Origin: Amoebidium appalachense
Lineage: Eukaryota > Protista > Ichthyosporea
DNA: 64,000 nt
Assembly (NCBI GenBank): GCA_963693365.1
Contig: CAVNZM010000013.1
Span: 4,244,722 to 4,308,721 of the forward strand
Direction of reading: 5' to 3'
This document shows positions 41,991 to 64,000 of the stretch, piece after piece. The number at the start of each line of letters is the position of its first letter. Positions within the stretch are counted from its first letter, which is position 1. The position numbers and the translations under genes are program-made. The notes beneath the pieces were generated by a model. The model ran no database searches. It saw only the letters and a list, made by a program, of their open reading frames with translations, and was not told the DNA's origin.

Positions 41991-43417
41991 ATGGCTACCA
42001 TGGTATGTATCATCTGTGCCTTTTTTAGCTGTTGTTGGTTCCTCCTTCACGCACAGCATACTCTCCCCTTCTCCTCGCCCCACGCACACACACCACACAC
42101 GCACGCACGCTCACACCCGCCCTTCTCCCACGGCTCTCCCCTCACACAAATATTGAAGGCTCAGCGTGTTTCCACACCGAACGCTTTCCTCGTGCCTTTT
42201 GCTCAAAAAACAATCAAGTTTCTTACCTCTGCGTGTTCATTCTCCGTTTCTTTCTCTCTCTCTTTCTTTCATTTCTTGCAGTTTTAGTGGAAAAACGGCA
42301 CACCCGAGAGCGGAACCACCTTGTAGCACACAAAGACTACGGAAACAATACGAAACAGACCCATACACGCAAACGCTGCTGCAAAAAAACCACTTGCGCG
42401 ACGCCCTCTGGAAAGACCTTTTTTCGTTCTTTTACGTTGTTCTTCTACATTGCCTTATCTCTCTTTTTTGGTTCTGGTGTTTTTCGTTCTCTGTTTGTGC
42501 AGGTGTGTGCGTCGAAAATGTGTATCTGTACCCCAAGCCCCAGACTACTTCCGTACGTGCTTCGTTTCATCGTCGCCTAGCCCTTACTCCCCCCCTCCCT
42601 CCTCTCCCCCCTGCTCCTCTTACCCTCTCCATGTTTGTTCTTGAGAAGGCAAGTTTTTGGTGTTTGGCATCTGCGACACACACCCAACGTCAGCCAACAA
42701 AACCCCACTTTGCTTTAGTTCTCTTGCTTACACGCACTTTTCCAGAACGAAAATGTGTCTCCGGCGGTGATGCCCCGTGTTGCCAAGGAGGTCAAGAAGC
42801 TGATGGCGTCCAAGCTGGAGGGCATAAAGATTGAAATTAACGACCAGGACATGACTGACATACAGGCGGTGATTGATGGCCCAGGTGGGTGGATGGATGG
42901 GGAAGGGGGGGGAGGTTTGGGACGGGGCGGGGAGAGGAATGGGGAACGTGGGTTGGGGAGGGGTGGTGTAAGGTGGAGGGGAGGGGAAACGGTGGAAGGG
43001 TTTGTGTGACTGCATGCGGGTGTAGGGCGGAACAGTGGGGCCACCTTTTGGGGGGTGGTGTGTATGTGGGGGGGGAGGGGGGAGGGGGGGGAGAGGCTAG
43101 TGTGGAAACGGTGGAGCAGGGTGCACGGGTGTGGGGATGGGTGGATTGTTGTATTCGAAATCGTGTTTGGGTGTGGGTAGGTGGACGGGGAGGTGTATGG
43201 GTGTGCGTGTAGGTGCTGTGGTATCTGGTGGTTGTTGTTGGAATTTGTGTGCTGGAGAGAGGGGTGCGTGGGTGGGGGGAAGGGGGGGGGGGGGGGGGGG
43301 GGGGGGGGGGTAATGGTGGACGGTGTACTTGTCTTGGTATGTGTGTGAATGAGTGTGAAATGCAACACCCTATCTTCCAGACCTCTCCCCCTCCCTGCCC
43401 TCCCCTCCCTCTTCCCC

Positions 43418-43448
<31 letters not shown>

Positions 43449-43555
43449 ACACAGATACTCGCCCTTCTTGTCTCTCCGCTCCTGCCCCCTTTTTCGCCCG
43501 TGTCTCCGTGCGTACTTGTTATACTGCCATAATCCTCTCTCTCTCCCCCCCCCCC

Positions 43556-43624
<69 letters not shown>

Positions 43625-44132
43625 TCCCCCTCCTCCTCCTCCCCCCTTCTCTCTCCCTCTATCTCTATCTCTCGTCCCCCCCCCCCCCCCCCCCCCCCAA
43701 ACAAAAAAGTTATCACCCCACGTCTTGCTCGGATGCCTGTTCCAGCGCCTTAAGTTCGATCTATTTGAATCAACACAATCAACACCCCGTTCCCCCCTTC
43801 TCTCTCTTCCCCCCCCCCCCCCCCCCTCCCGCTCCCCTCCCCCCTCCCCGCTGCCGCCGCCTGCAAACACAAACAAGAAGGAATCCCTTCATATGTGTTC
43901 TTGCAAGCCCATGCTCTGGTTGCCTTATGTGCGCCTATGTGGCTGGCTGCAAATACCACTAGTTTGTTTCACCATTGTACTCGCAACCAAACAGGCACAC
44001 ACACACATGTGCACACAAACTCTATAGTTGCCGTACAGATGCAAAAGCACCTACGTCTGTCTTTGGGCTTAGGCTTATGCACGTGCATCACAGATATGTG
44101 CAACTCTCTCTGTTCCTCTCTCTCTCTGTCTT

Positions 44133-44184
<52 letters not shown>

Positions 44185-44702
44185 TTTCGCTCACGCTTTC
44201 CCTCTCTCCCTCTATTTCGCTCGTTCTCTCTACCCCCCCCTCCCCCCCCCCCCCCCCCCCCCCTTCCTGTATGTGTATGTGTGTGCTTGCACGTGTGTAT
44301 GCGCGTCCGAGCCATGTTTACGTGTGGAATTAATTTACCACACAACTTGGTTTTAGTAACGCTCAGATACAAACACTCACATGTCAGCATCCCTCTCATC
44401 CCCCCGTCACCCCTTCTTCACCCATCATCCCCCTCACCTTCACACACACACACACGTACACACACACGTACACAGTGGGCACGCCATACGAAGGGGGCCG
44501 TTTCCGTGTGCGTCTCTCCCTCGGCAATGACTTTCCGACGGCTCCTCCCTCGGGGACTTTTCTTACCAAAATCTTTCATCCCAACGTGTCTGCTGCCGGG
44601 GAGATTTGTGTCAACACACTGAAGAAGGACTGGAAACCTACACTAGGCTTGGAACACATCTTTCTGGTGCGTTTTGGTTACCAATTCCTGCCCTCTCCCC
44701 CC

Positions 44703-44773
<71 letters not shown>

Positions 44774-45146
44774 CATCCCCTCCCCCCTTTTTCGTTGAGA
44801 GACTGATTCGGGTACAGTGAGAACCTATTTCCCCTCCCCTTCCTCTCCCTTCTCCGCACGTGCACATGCACACACACACACGCACCAGAGAATAGGCCCC
44901 TCTTCCTTTGCACAGTCTTGTGACGCAAAATGCACACCATCCTATGAGCTAGATCTTGCTCCCCCGTAACTATCTGCTATCTGTGGTCTGTGCTCACTGC
45001 ACCGCATTTTATTAAACACCCCCCCCCCCCCCCCCTCTCTGTCCCTCTCTTTCTCCCCCCCCCCCCCCCCCCTTGGTAAGTTGGTATCCCCCCCTCCCCC
45101 CCCCCCCCCCACCCCCACCCACCCACCCACAAACATATACGCACGT

Positions 45147-45184
<38 letters not shown>

Positions 45185-45752
45185 GCACACACACACGCAC
45201 GCACACACACACACACCTCCATTTTTTTTGTTTTTTACAGTTCCCAGAACCATGTTACGTTTAGCCCTCTTCCCCCCCTCCCCCCCCCACCCCAAATAAA
45301 AACAAAAAAAACAAAAAATAGAATAAAATAAATTAAAATAAAAAATAACTGAAAATAATCTTGATTGAATTGTCTCACCGGAAGTCTTATTTCAGAACCC
45401 AATGCTAATTCATATCCCACCCCGTACAGATACTCTTCCTCCTTTTTCTTTCAGTTCTGTTCCTCGTGCTCTGCATCCATCCATCCCCCCCCCCCCCCCC
45501 CCCCCCCCTCCCCACCTCCCCCCCAAAGGTCCACTCAAGGTCTGAGACTAGGCAATGTTTTGGTTGCACATCTTTGAAATACGTTTGCGCTTTCGATTAC
45601 ATAACTTGCACTGCCCCCTCAAATCAACATCAACACACGTGCACACAAACATCATCTTACAAGGAAAGAATCAATAAGAATAAACACACATGTACACGTC
45701 ATCTTACATGTACACAATACCCCCACCGCACACCCATCCACCATGCACGAAT

Positions 45753-45788
<36 letters not shown>

Positions 45789-46176
45789 TACATATACACA
45801 TGTGTAGCCCCCGCCCCCACCCCGAACCACCCCACCCCCTGTTCCCCCCCCATGAGGATGAATTCTGCTTATGTTGCATCCTAAGCAATGCTGATTTTAC
45901 GTACTAGAGTGTATGCATTTCTATGCAATCTTGCACCGAGCTTCCTTCTAGTCGTGTAGTTGTAATTCGTAAAGTTTTCTGCATTCTGACAATCCCCCCC
46001 TCCCCCCCTTCCTTTCCTCGTCTTTCCCCCCAAATGCACGGGCACAAGCACACACGCACGCGCGCGCACAGACACACACACACACAAAGCACACACTCAC
46101 ACACACACATCCCTCCCCCCTCCCTCCCCCTCCCCACACACACACACACACTCTCCCCCCCCCCCCCCCCCCCCAA

Positions 46177-46244
<68 letters not shown>

Positions 46245-46511
46245 CAGACCGTACGCTGTCTTCTCATCGACCCCAACCCCGAGAGTGCTCTCAACGAAGA
46301 AGCAGGGAAACTTCTTCTAGAAGACTACGACGGTTACGCAAAACATGCACGTCTCATGACTTCCATCCACGCCACACCGCGGGCTGTGGGCGCTACGCAG
46401 AGCAAAGGGATGGAGGGGAACGCGGAGGGAAAGACGGAGGGGGTTCAAAAGACTCTTGTGAAGAAGGTTTCAAATGCGGACAAGGGGAAGAAAGCTGCTA
46501 AGAGGCTCTAG
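41991..46511 (+). CDS. UBE2S: Ubiquitin-conjugating enzyme E2 S (~201 aa); exons 41991-42002, 42746-42884, 44476-44666, 46248-46511
   Basis: UBC fold with [17 protein letters not shown], catalytic Cys in [12 protein letters not shown], and [24 protein letters not shown]. The basic C-terminal tail ending KKAAKRL resembles the UBE2S APC/C-binding tail. Splice phases are consistent; the 12-nt first exon is less certain. Confidence 0.93.
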
Positions 46512-47012
46512 GTGTGTGTGGGTGTGTGTTGGTGTGTTTGTGTAGTGTGTAGTGATTAGTGTGGGTAGAAGGGTGGGTGGGTGTGCATGTGTGATTGAGT
46601 TGATTTCTGTTGAATGGTTTTTCTTTTGTCCTGGTGGGGTACCTTTTTGGAGGTTATGTTTTGTGTGGTGTTTCTGAATCGAACTTTAACGATGGGTATG
46701 GATGGTTTACTTGAACACTTCAGGGGTTAATTTGTGGTTAATTTCGTTGTTTTTGGTCTGTTGCGAAAAAGTATGATTATTATTTTTTTAGGCAATAGTG
46801 TTGTTGTGCATGTACTTACCTTTTATGTACATTAGTAACAAGCATTGGTGCCTTTCTAAAGGCAGCAAGTGGAAAGTAAACAAATAACTTTACATGTGTG
46901 TTTGTGCACGGATACTAATGTGTGGTACCAAAAAGGAATTTAACCAACCCTCGGGACTTCTCTCTCCCCCCCTCCCCCCTTGGCCACTAACACACACACA
47001 CACACACACACA

Positions 47013-47098
<86 letters not shown>

Positions 47099-47592
47099 GA
47101 GCCTTCTGCCCTATTATCTATATTTTAAAATTGAACGTCGACTGAAGTGCTGTTGAGGATTCAAGGCGATGTCGAACCTATTGGCCTGGCCATAACCCAA
47201 CACCCACACATGTCGAAATAGGCCCACCCCAAAGCTCAGGAAACTGAGCCGATGAGCTGTTGACGCGTGCACACACACGCACACGCACACCGCGCGTGCA
47301 CGCACACACACACGCACACACACACGGGCACACACACGCACACACGTGTACACACACACACACGCACGCGCGCGCGCATAGGAACCCAAAGAGTCATCGG
47401 CAGAGTCATTGTATGCTAAGCAGACATGCCGCAAAAAGCGATTTCTTTTGCTCACGGCAGCAGAATTCAAATAATGACTTGCTTTAAGTGGAACCGCTCT
47501 TCTTTTGCAGAAAAAGTCTGCTTTACGCCAAAGAATTATGCATATATATGGGGGAAGGGTTTCGGAAACTTTAAGAGCCTAATTGATATATC

Positions 47593-47629
<37 letters not shown>

Positions 47630-47758
47630 GCATAGCTATAGGGAGGGAGAGAGAGGGGGGGGGAGAGAGAGAGAGATCTAGAGATAGAGAGCGAGTTAGC
47701 GTGTGTGTACACGTCTGCCCTAGGGCCTCCTTCCCCCCCTCCCCTCCCCCCCCCCCCC

Positions 47759-47797
<39 letters not shown>

Positions 47798-47910
47798 ATT
47801 TCAAATTTACAAAGCCCTGACAACACATGCATACACGTGCAGACACGCAGCTATCTCGGAAAGGAAAATGACGGCAGCACACTGTGACACAAACTATCAA
47901 ACTGTTCATG

Positions 47911-48018
47911 TGTCACACATGTACGTGTGCATTACACAAATACAGAAACGTTAACCATGTCACACATGTACTTGTGCATTACACAAATACAGAAACGTTA
48001 ACCATGTCACACATGTAC
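47911..48018 (+). repeat. 47-bp tandem repeat (~2.3 copies) upstream of the ZIP-oxidase gene
   Basis: TGTCACACATGTAC(G/T)TGTGCATTACACAAATACAGAAACGTTAACCA at 47911, 47958 and partial at 48005. Confidence 0.85.
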
Positions 48019-48468
48019 ACACGTACGTACCTTTTATTATTTTTCCTTTTTCGTTTATCCCGCTTATCGCCATCCGCCCACGGACATCTTAAAGATATCC
48101 GTGGATCCGCCCAGCCACAGACACTGCGACATCATTAGTAATATAATAAAATGACGAACTGACAGGTTAAGCCTTCAGTGACGATCATGGGAAGATGGCC
48201 GTGGGCGGATCGGAGATGACAGGTACACTGTGCATCTCCCGGCGCAGCTCGTCGGCGCGTTTTGGCACCACGCTGGCGACAGACGGCCCAGAATAAAAGC
48301 CAAGTAAAGACTTCTCGGCAGTGTAAAAATTGCATACGCCCAGTCACTGAGGTTTTTGCCACATAACGCACATGTAGGCACTGTACATGTGTTGTCGCCC
48401 ATCACATAGTGACGAAAGTTTCGATAACATTTGTCATCAACTACCGTACCAGCACCACAGTATCAGGC

Positions 48469-56959
<8,491 letters not shown>

Positions 56960-58092
56960 TCCATGTTGACGTGCTAGCGGAGTTGCTTAGATATATCAGT
57001 ATTGGGTGGCCTCAGGGTAATATTTGATCATATCCTGTTTTGTTTCCGAAGGGACCCCCAAGGGCCCTTAACCTGGACCTTATACATACCGTCTTCCACC
57101 CAAGCACCGACTGTACTCTTAGTAGCTAGGGTGCTACGTATACGGTGAATCAGCTACGCCAACACAACCAATCTAACTCGTTGTACACACTTAGCCGAGG
57201 GTTTTCACCTCAGCCTCGCCACGGCCGGTGGGTAGCCTGAGGGCGATAAAGTCCACCATTAATATTGTGATATATCAAGCCGTATCAAGGTTTTCTATGA
57301 AGATGGGGGTATTGAGATCAAGAGATTTTTTTTGGGATACTTTACAAAAACAATAAAACAAATTGAATGAATGACATGTACATATGGCTTGCATTACCTC
57401 GCAAAACACAAAAGAAAACATCATGTGAGGTCGAGACACGTCACTTTTGTACACACATTGTAACGCATGCATGCGCATCATTAAGGCAGCTCATGACCAC
57501 GCCATTATTGAGTCTAACACTTGAACTTACGTGTTATTAGAGCAGGCCGAATTTTAGATTAGGGGCAAGGTATATATGTATCATGTAGCAGCACAGCTGC
57601 ACAAAGGTTTAAATTACGGATTTTCCCAGTTTCCATATATGACACTAGGCTGAACCGACGATTTTTTTAAAAAACGCAGCCCCTAGGCCTGCACCGTTTT
57701 AAACGTTCCATGACTATGTTTTCAAATCATAGACCTAATGGGGGGGAGGGGGGGGGAGGGGGGGGGGGGGGGGGAAGGGGGATGCATGCGTGTGTTCATC
57801 ACGCGTGTGTGACAATGTACATGTGTTTGGCGTGTTTGGAGTGTTTGTGTGTCAGATTGACCACACGTGTGGGACACAACTTGTGTACTGCACATGCACA
57901 TGATGCATGCGTGCAACGTGAACATTTCTGGGATTTGTGTGGTTGTGTGTGTGTGTTTACACTTGTGTTGCCGTCATTGCGCTTGCATAGATTGTCACCC
58001 TACGTGTCTGCACATGTGCATGCCTGTGTCATTTTGTAGGGTTTTCGCAGTTTGGAATATAGGGGAATAGGACGGGGGTATTAGGGGATGGA

Positions 58093-58124
<32 letters not shown>

Positions 58125-59131
58125 TAAGAGGGGGGAGGGGGGCGAGGAGGAGGCCAGTACTCACGGCAAAGCATGATCGATTTTGACAGAATGTGCACGT
58201 GAGAACCCCAAATGGTGGTCCTGCCATAGGCCTAGCTACGTGGTGGTGGTTGCGGTTGGGGGGGGAGGGGGGGGGAGGGGGGGGGGGGGGGGGGGGGGAG
58301 AGGGGGGAGGGGGAGGGGGGGGGGGGGGGGGGGGGGGCTGGGGGGAAGGGGAGACCCCAACCAGCCGCAACCACATCGGCTGGGTCAACTTGCTCCGAGC
58401 AAAATGATTCTGCAAAAAGCGGAACTGCAATCTACTACAAGCAGAGATTTGTTTTCAAAAAAGTAGAAATTTTCTGTTAAAACCAGATATAATGTGCTAA
58501 AGGCAGAATGATTCTGCTGTCGCAAGCAGAATAATATCGTAATTAATATAATAATTAAGAACCCCCCCCCCCCCCTCTCTGTCTCGCTCTATCTCACTCT
58601 CCCTCTTCCCCCCGCCCCCCCCCTTTCTCCCTCATTGTCGTGCACGTGTTTTTGGGTATACGTGTACTAGTGCATGTGGACGTGCGCACGAGTGTGTGTG
58701 TGTGTGTGTGTGTCACACACTGTATGCATGTGCACATGTGTGGGTGTATGCACGTGTGTGTTTTTGTGTGTCACACAGTGTATGCGTGCACATGTGTGTG
58801 TGTGTGTGCACGTGAGTGCGTGCTTGCACACTATATCGCTGGCATGTTGCATGACATAAATCCAGCCTACGTTATATTTCCTAGAGGTCCGGCCTCCAGA
58901 TTCGCCCTCACTGGGACGGAATGTTAGATTGGCCGCATGCAAGATTGTCTGGGGGCTCTGAAATTTCCCCTCATTCCTTGTGTTTGCGCCTGACTATATT
59001 ATACGCGTATCAGCCTGTTCTCACATACGATTACGGGTGGTTCAATTCAATCAAGAATCATACCAAAACATCGCCGAAGTACAAAAAAACAAAATGGATT
59101 AAAAAGAATATAGACTGCAAATACCTCACAC

Positions 59132-59165
<34 letters not shown>

Positions 59166-59203
59166 CCCTGCCCCCACGAAACGCACACACACACAGTCAC
59201 TGT

Positions 59204-59280
<77 letters not shown>

Positions 59281-59456
59281 ATCATCACTGCCGTCGAAAA
59301 AGTAGACAAACGAGCGAATGCATATGGAAGCCTTGGGACATAGCGTGCAGAAATTTTCTTTCAAAAACACTTAAAAGGAAGTACTTCATCTTGGGCCTCT
59401 TTCAACCTAACAAATCCTATACACCTCACCTTCCAATACTACATTTTAAACACCCC

Positions 59457-59870
59457 CTAAACTCTTTGACACGTTCCCTCCGGCCCGACGTGCGCCAGCA
59501 CGGCCATTCCCGCAGCAATGTGATCGTTGACGTGGCAATGGAACAACCACGCACCCTCCTTGCGCGGAACCATGTCGAGTGTTCTAAACGTTGCTGGAAG
59601 CAGCTCGACCGTATCCACCCTCCGCCCGTCCATGGTCAGTGTCTGTCCATGCCAGTGCGCAGTGTGTAGATCCACCTCGTTGCCCATTGCCATGACGTAC
59701 CACCGCACACGCTGACCTTTGCACATTTCGAATCGCAAATTCCCGTAAACATATCCGTTGATGTTGTGCATGAGGTTGCTCTCGGTGAATGCCTCCTCAA
59801 AGTCTTTGTCTTCGTTTGGCGTCAACGTCACGTTCCCCTCCTGTTGGTTTTGTTTGTGTTTTTTTTTTTT

Positions 59871-59947
<77 letters not shown>

Positions 59948-59977
59948 ATGAGTAAATGAGCTAATTAATGATCAACT

Positions 59978-60008
<31 letters not shown>

Positions 60009-60282
60009 AACAGAAAAAAAGAATGGTTGCGCAGGACCTATTCATGACAATATATTCATACCTGCACAAAACATGTTTGAAAAACCAATCGCACCATGCA
60101 ACAACAATAACAACAGCAACAACAACCACCGAATAAATAAAAAATAAATAAAATCCCTGAACCAAACAAACCACCGTGAAGAAAAGCCGTTCCTGTTGTG
60201 TATTTTTTTTAAGGGGACAGAGGAGGCTGGCGGAGGTGTTTGGGTATGGAACGAGCGAGGACCCTACCCAACCCCCAACGCT

Positions 60283-60323
<41 letters not shown>

Positions 60324-60327
60324 GTGG

Positions 60328-60414
<87 letters not shown>

Positions 60415-60968
60415 TGTGTGTGTGTGTGCGTGGGGGAAGGGGGAGGGGGGGGGGGGGGGGGGGTGTTACCATAGTGACGTTTTCAACGGTGAATAAGGTG
60501 CTGTTTATCTTTGCGTTTGTGATCGTGAACTTGCCACCCTCACTCGTCTTGTTCCGCGTACTGTTTGCATATGTCGCAATGTTATCGTCAAGATACCAAC
60601 TCTGGTTTTCATCGTCGACATTCAAAAACGCAACATATTCCTGATCGATATCCCTCTCAGGAATACCTTCCTTATTTAACATTCCCGCACGGTAGATGAT
60701 CATTGGTCCTACCAAACCGGAATACACATCCTGCACCTCGTGAATATGACTGTGATATCCCCAGAGGATCGACGTGGCGTCGCGATCCGCGGGTCCAGCG
60801 TCTTCCGGAACAAACCATTCGTATTCGTAAGTGGAATTTGGAGCAACCGCTGGTTCTCCGCCCATCCCGTTTGAGCCGTCCATGTACATTGCGCCTTCGT
60901 TGTCTTTTGTGTACATGACGCCGTGTGGGTGCATGCTGTACTCACGGCTGGCCATGTTGCGGAACACA

Positions 60969-61033
<65 letters not shown>

Positions 61034-62401
61034 ATGCAGGTGGGGCGGTGCGGGGTTGAGGAATTTGTTCGTGGTGGTGGTTCCGGGGGGGGAGGAGGGG
61101 AGGGGGGGGGGGGGGGTGGGGTGGGGTGGGGGGGGGGGGTGATGGTGTATGCTTTAGAGGGTTGGAAATATGGAGGAGACAACAAAGAGCAACAACAAAA
61201 CGTCACAAAGGAGGGGAGTGCTTGTCAGGGCAAAGCATTTCAACAAGGCAAGCGCGATGCAACCATAAGAACAGAAAAGTTCAAATGCAAACACAGGAAA
61301 CAAAAAACATGAGAACAGAAAAGTTCAAATGCAAACACTGGAAGCAAAATATGTAGAAACATTTAACATAAACACATGCAAGAATAATTGGAGCCGGGGG
61401 GGGGGGGGGGGGGGGGGGGGCGGGGGGTAGTCTTGTAGACTGAAAGATTTTTGACCGCCGCTGGTGGGGCCTCACGGCGGGTTTAATTGAAAGCCACCGC
61501 AGATTTTCATTGGCTGAGTCGATTGTCGCCATAAATTTTGTCCGGGAAAGTTCTAGATCTAGATCTAGCCAATGTAAACCTGCAGAAATTGGTAGGAGGC
61601 AAATACTTATTCACCCGTCTCTTTTTGGAGATCTAGATCTAGCCAATGTAAACCTACAGAATTTGATGGGGGGCAAATGCTTTCTGTTGTAAACCTAGGA
61701 GACGAAGGTTTTTGAGTTTTCAGCTTCATGATGCGCCCAAACCGCAGTTAGGTGCTTTTTATAGTTACAAATAATAATTTATAGCTCAATAAATTAATTT
61801 ACGGCGTAAATATAGAAATAATAAACAAAAAAAAAAGAACCAGTGAGGGAACATCAATTTGGGCAGCGGCGCCGTGCGTGATAAAAAAGGTCGATAATTT
61901 TTTAAAGCCATTTAAGCGGCTTTTAGGCAGTGTATTTTTTAACGAAACGGGTTCTAATTGAATCCCTGTGAGGCCCCACCAGCGGCGGCTAAAAAATCTA
62001 TTGATGACGTCATCCGATTGCGCAAACATTCGCGATCGAGCCGCTGGCGCGGCCGAAATTTGGGGCTAGGGGGGATGGGGGGGGGGGAGGGGGAGGGAGA
62101 GGGGGGGGGGGGGGGGTGAAAAGGAGGGGCAAGAAAGAGAAAAGTCAACTCAACTCTCCCGACAATACGCAGAAAACAAAAGTGACTTTGGCGTACCTTG
62201 ATTGTGTCGCCGACCTCGGCCCTGATGAATGGCCCCAGGAAGCCCAGATGGTCGGGGTGGGGCAGCGGCTCCTGGAAGCTCTCGTCCTTGTATGCCCGGT
62301 AGAGCACCTTCTTGTACTTGCGGCCGATGAAGCCATCAGCGTTTGTGGCGAACGTCTTGGCATTGTCATCCTCGTCAAGGGGAACATCGTGTAGTTGGTT
62401 C
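59457..62401 (-). CDS. Second two-domain ceruloplasmin-like multicopper oxidase (inverted paralog), last three exons 62401-62197, 60970-60470, 59840-59457; 5' part beyond the right edge
   Basis: Same intron positions and exon sizes (205, 501, 384 nt versus 205, 504, 384 nt in copy 1). Intact HPHG, YHSH, HTAHWHG and HCHVNDHIAAGM motifs; no stops or frameshifts. Confidence 0.92.
61445..61999. mobile_element. MITE-like insertion (~550 bp) in an intron of oxidase copy 2
   Basis: Perfect 21-bp inverted repeat CCGCCGCTGGTGGGGCCTCAC (61455-61475) / 61968-61988, extendable imperfectly to ~45 bp. Internal direct repeats GATCTAGATCTAGCCAATGTAAACCT near 61556 and 61630. TSD not resolved. Confidence 0.55.
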
Positions 62402-62439
62402 CTGGGAAAAAATAACATAAATATCCTTTAATCATGCGA

Positions 62440-63900
62440 AAGCAAAAGCGCAAGCAGTTTGCAACATTATGGTGCAAAAGTGCAAGCAGTAAGCAACCTT
62501 ATGGTGCAAAAGTGCAAGCCGCGGATTCCGCAACATAACGGTACAAAAGTGCAAGCAGTAAGCAACATATAATGGTACAAAACTGCAAGCAGTACACAAC
62601 ACTATGGTGCAAATGTGCAAGCAGTCCGCAACATTTTGGTGCAAAAGTGCAATTAGCAGAGTCTGCAACATAATGGTACATAGAGTGCAAGCAGTACGCA
62701 ACAATGGTGTGTAAAACCAAAAGTGCAAGCTGTGCGCAACATTAGGGTACAAAAAGTGCAAGCAATTATCACATTATTTGGTGCCACGCAAGAACCAAAG
62801 TGCTAGCTGTACACAACATTAGGGTACAAAAGTGCAAACAATATGTAACATTATTGGTGTACAAGAACAAAAGTGCAAGCAGTACGCAACATAATGGTGT
62901 GCAAAAAAAAAAAAAGTGCAAGCACGGGACATAATGGTACAAAAGTGCAAGAAGTACGAAACATGGTGTTGTAAAAACAACAGTGCAAGCAGTACACAAC
63001 ATACTGGTGTGCAAAAACAAAAGTATAAGCACATAACATAATTTCACCAAAGTGCAAGCAGTATGCGACATAATGGTGTTGTAAAAACGACAGTGCAAGC
63101 AGTATGCAACATACTGGTGTGCAAAAACAAAGTGCAATCACCTAACACACTGGTACAAAAGTGCAAGCAGTACGCAACATAACGATGTGCACACACAAAT
63201 GTGCAAGCATGCAACATACTGGTACAACACTGCAAGCAGTACGCAGCATACTGGTGTGCAAAAACTAAAGTGCAAGCAGTACGCAACATAACGATGTGCA
63301 CACACAAATGTGCAAGCATGCTACATACTGGTACAACACTGCAAGCAGTACGCAGCATAAACGGTGCAAAAGTGCAAGCAGTACACAACATACTTGTGCC
63401 GCAAAAACAAAAGTGCAAGCAGTACGCAACACAATGGCGCCATAAAAACACAGGTGCAAGTAGTACTCAACATGATGGTGTGCAAGACAAACATGCAAGC
63501 AGCGCACAACATAACAGGAATGGCATAAAAACATGCAAGTAGTTTGTAACAACACATTCAAAATGCAGGTAGTACACAGACAGCGTAATGGTATGCCAAA
63601 AGGAAGAAACGTGCAAGTAGTATGCAACATATTAGTATGCAAAGCCAATCATGCAAGTAATGCACAGCGTAATGGTATGCCAAAACCAAACATGCAAGTA
63701 GTACGCCACATAACATGCAAGTAATACACAACATCATGGTGTGATTAACAAACATGCAAAAGCAGTACGCAACATAACCTGCAAGCAGGATACAGTATAC
63801 TGGTGTGATTACACAAACATGCAAGTAGTACGCAACAAAACATGCAAGCAGGAAGCAACATACCTCATGTAACATAGCAAACATGCAAGTATTCACAACA
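62440..63900. repeat. Degenerate minisatellite, ~32-40-bp unit with core AAAAGTGCAAGCAGTACGCAACATA
   Basis: Dozens of imperfect copies of the core followed by ATGGTACA/CTGGTGTGC-type tails; divergence increases toward the right. It lies in the intron upstream of the 62401 exon. Confidence 0.9.
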
Positions 63901-64000
63901 TAGTATGTGGCAAGCAACAGTAAGTGGCTCCCAACATAACCTTATGCAGAAAACAACACCATCCAAATAGATGGCAGGCATGCTAGAAAAAAGAAAAACA

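Noticed and set aside
57190-57255. GC-rich hairpin downstream of oxidase copy 1 considered as a ribozyme or IRE
   Set aside because: Lacks the hammerhead CUGANGA/GAAA core, the HDV-like pseudoknot pattern and the CAGUGN loop.
62440-63900. Conserved-core/variable-tail array as CRISPR-like or as Cys/His-rich coding repeats
   Set aside because: Variable parts are short and mutually homologous; reading frames are broken by frequent indels and stops.

Overview
Eukaryotic genomic DNA with GT-AG introns packed with poly-C/poly-G tracts and (CA)n/(GT)n/(CT)n microsatellites. Most long ORFs in the ORF track are repeat artefacts. The gene content suggests a unicellular opisthokont/holozoan-like protist, but this is inference and the taxon cannot be fixed from the window. 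Gene models were built by hand from splice sites and phase continuity: (1) 5' exons of a transportin-3/Mtr10-like importin (-, runs off the left edge); (2) two divergent intronless orphan ORFs flanking a 31-bp palindrome-containing tandem array; (3) a 4-exon Pro-rich/basic orphan gene; (4) a 15-exon SAM + extended-PHD (zf-HC5HC2H) chromatin-type gene with one homopolymer frameshift; (5) UBE2S; (6) a 12-exon gene (~718 aa) fusing a ZupT/ZIP11-like ZIP metal transporter to a ceruloplasmin/hephaestin-like multicopper oxidase that has only two cupredoxin domains; (7) a tail-to-tail inverted paralog of the oxidase part, whose 5' end lies beyond the window. The ZIP-oxidase fusion is the main finding: the junction sits inside one exon, all copper ligands and ceruloplasmin-type Fe(II) ligands are present, and the ZIP metal site is altered. 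This suggests a single-polypeptide permease-ferroxidase system. Also present are MITE-like inverted-repeat elements, E2F/CHR-like promoter motifs, and introns bracketed by complementary (GT)n...(AC)n repeats. The region ~14.3-28.6 kb has exon-like fragments that I could not assemble with confidence.
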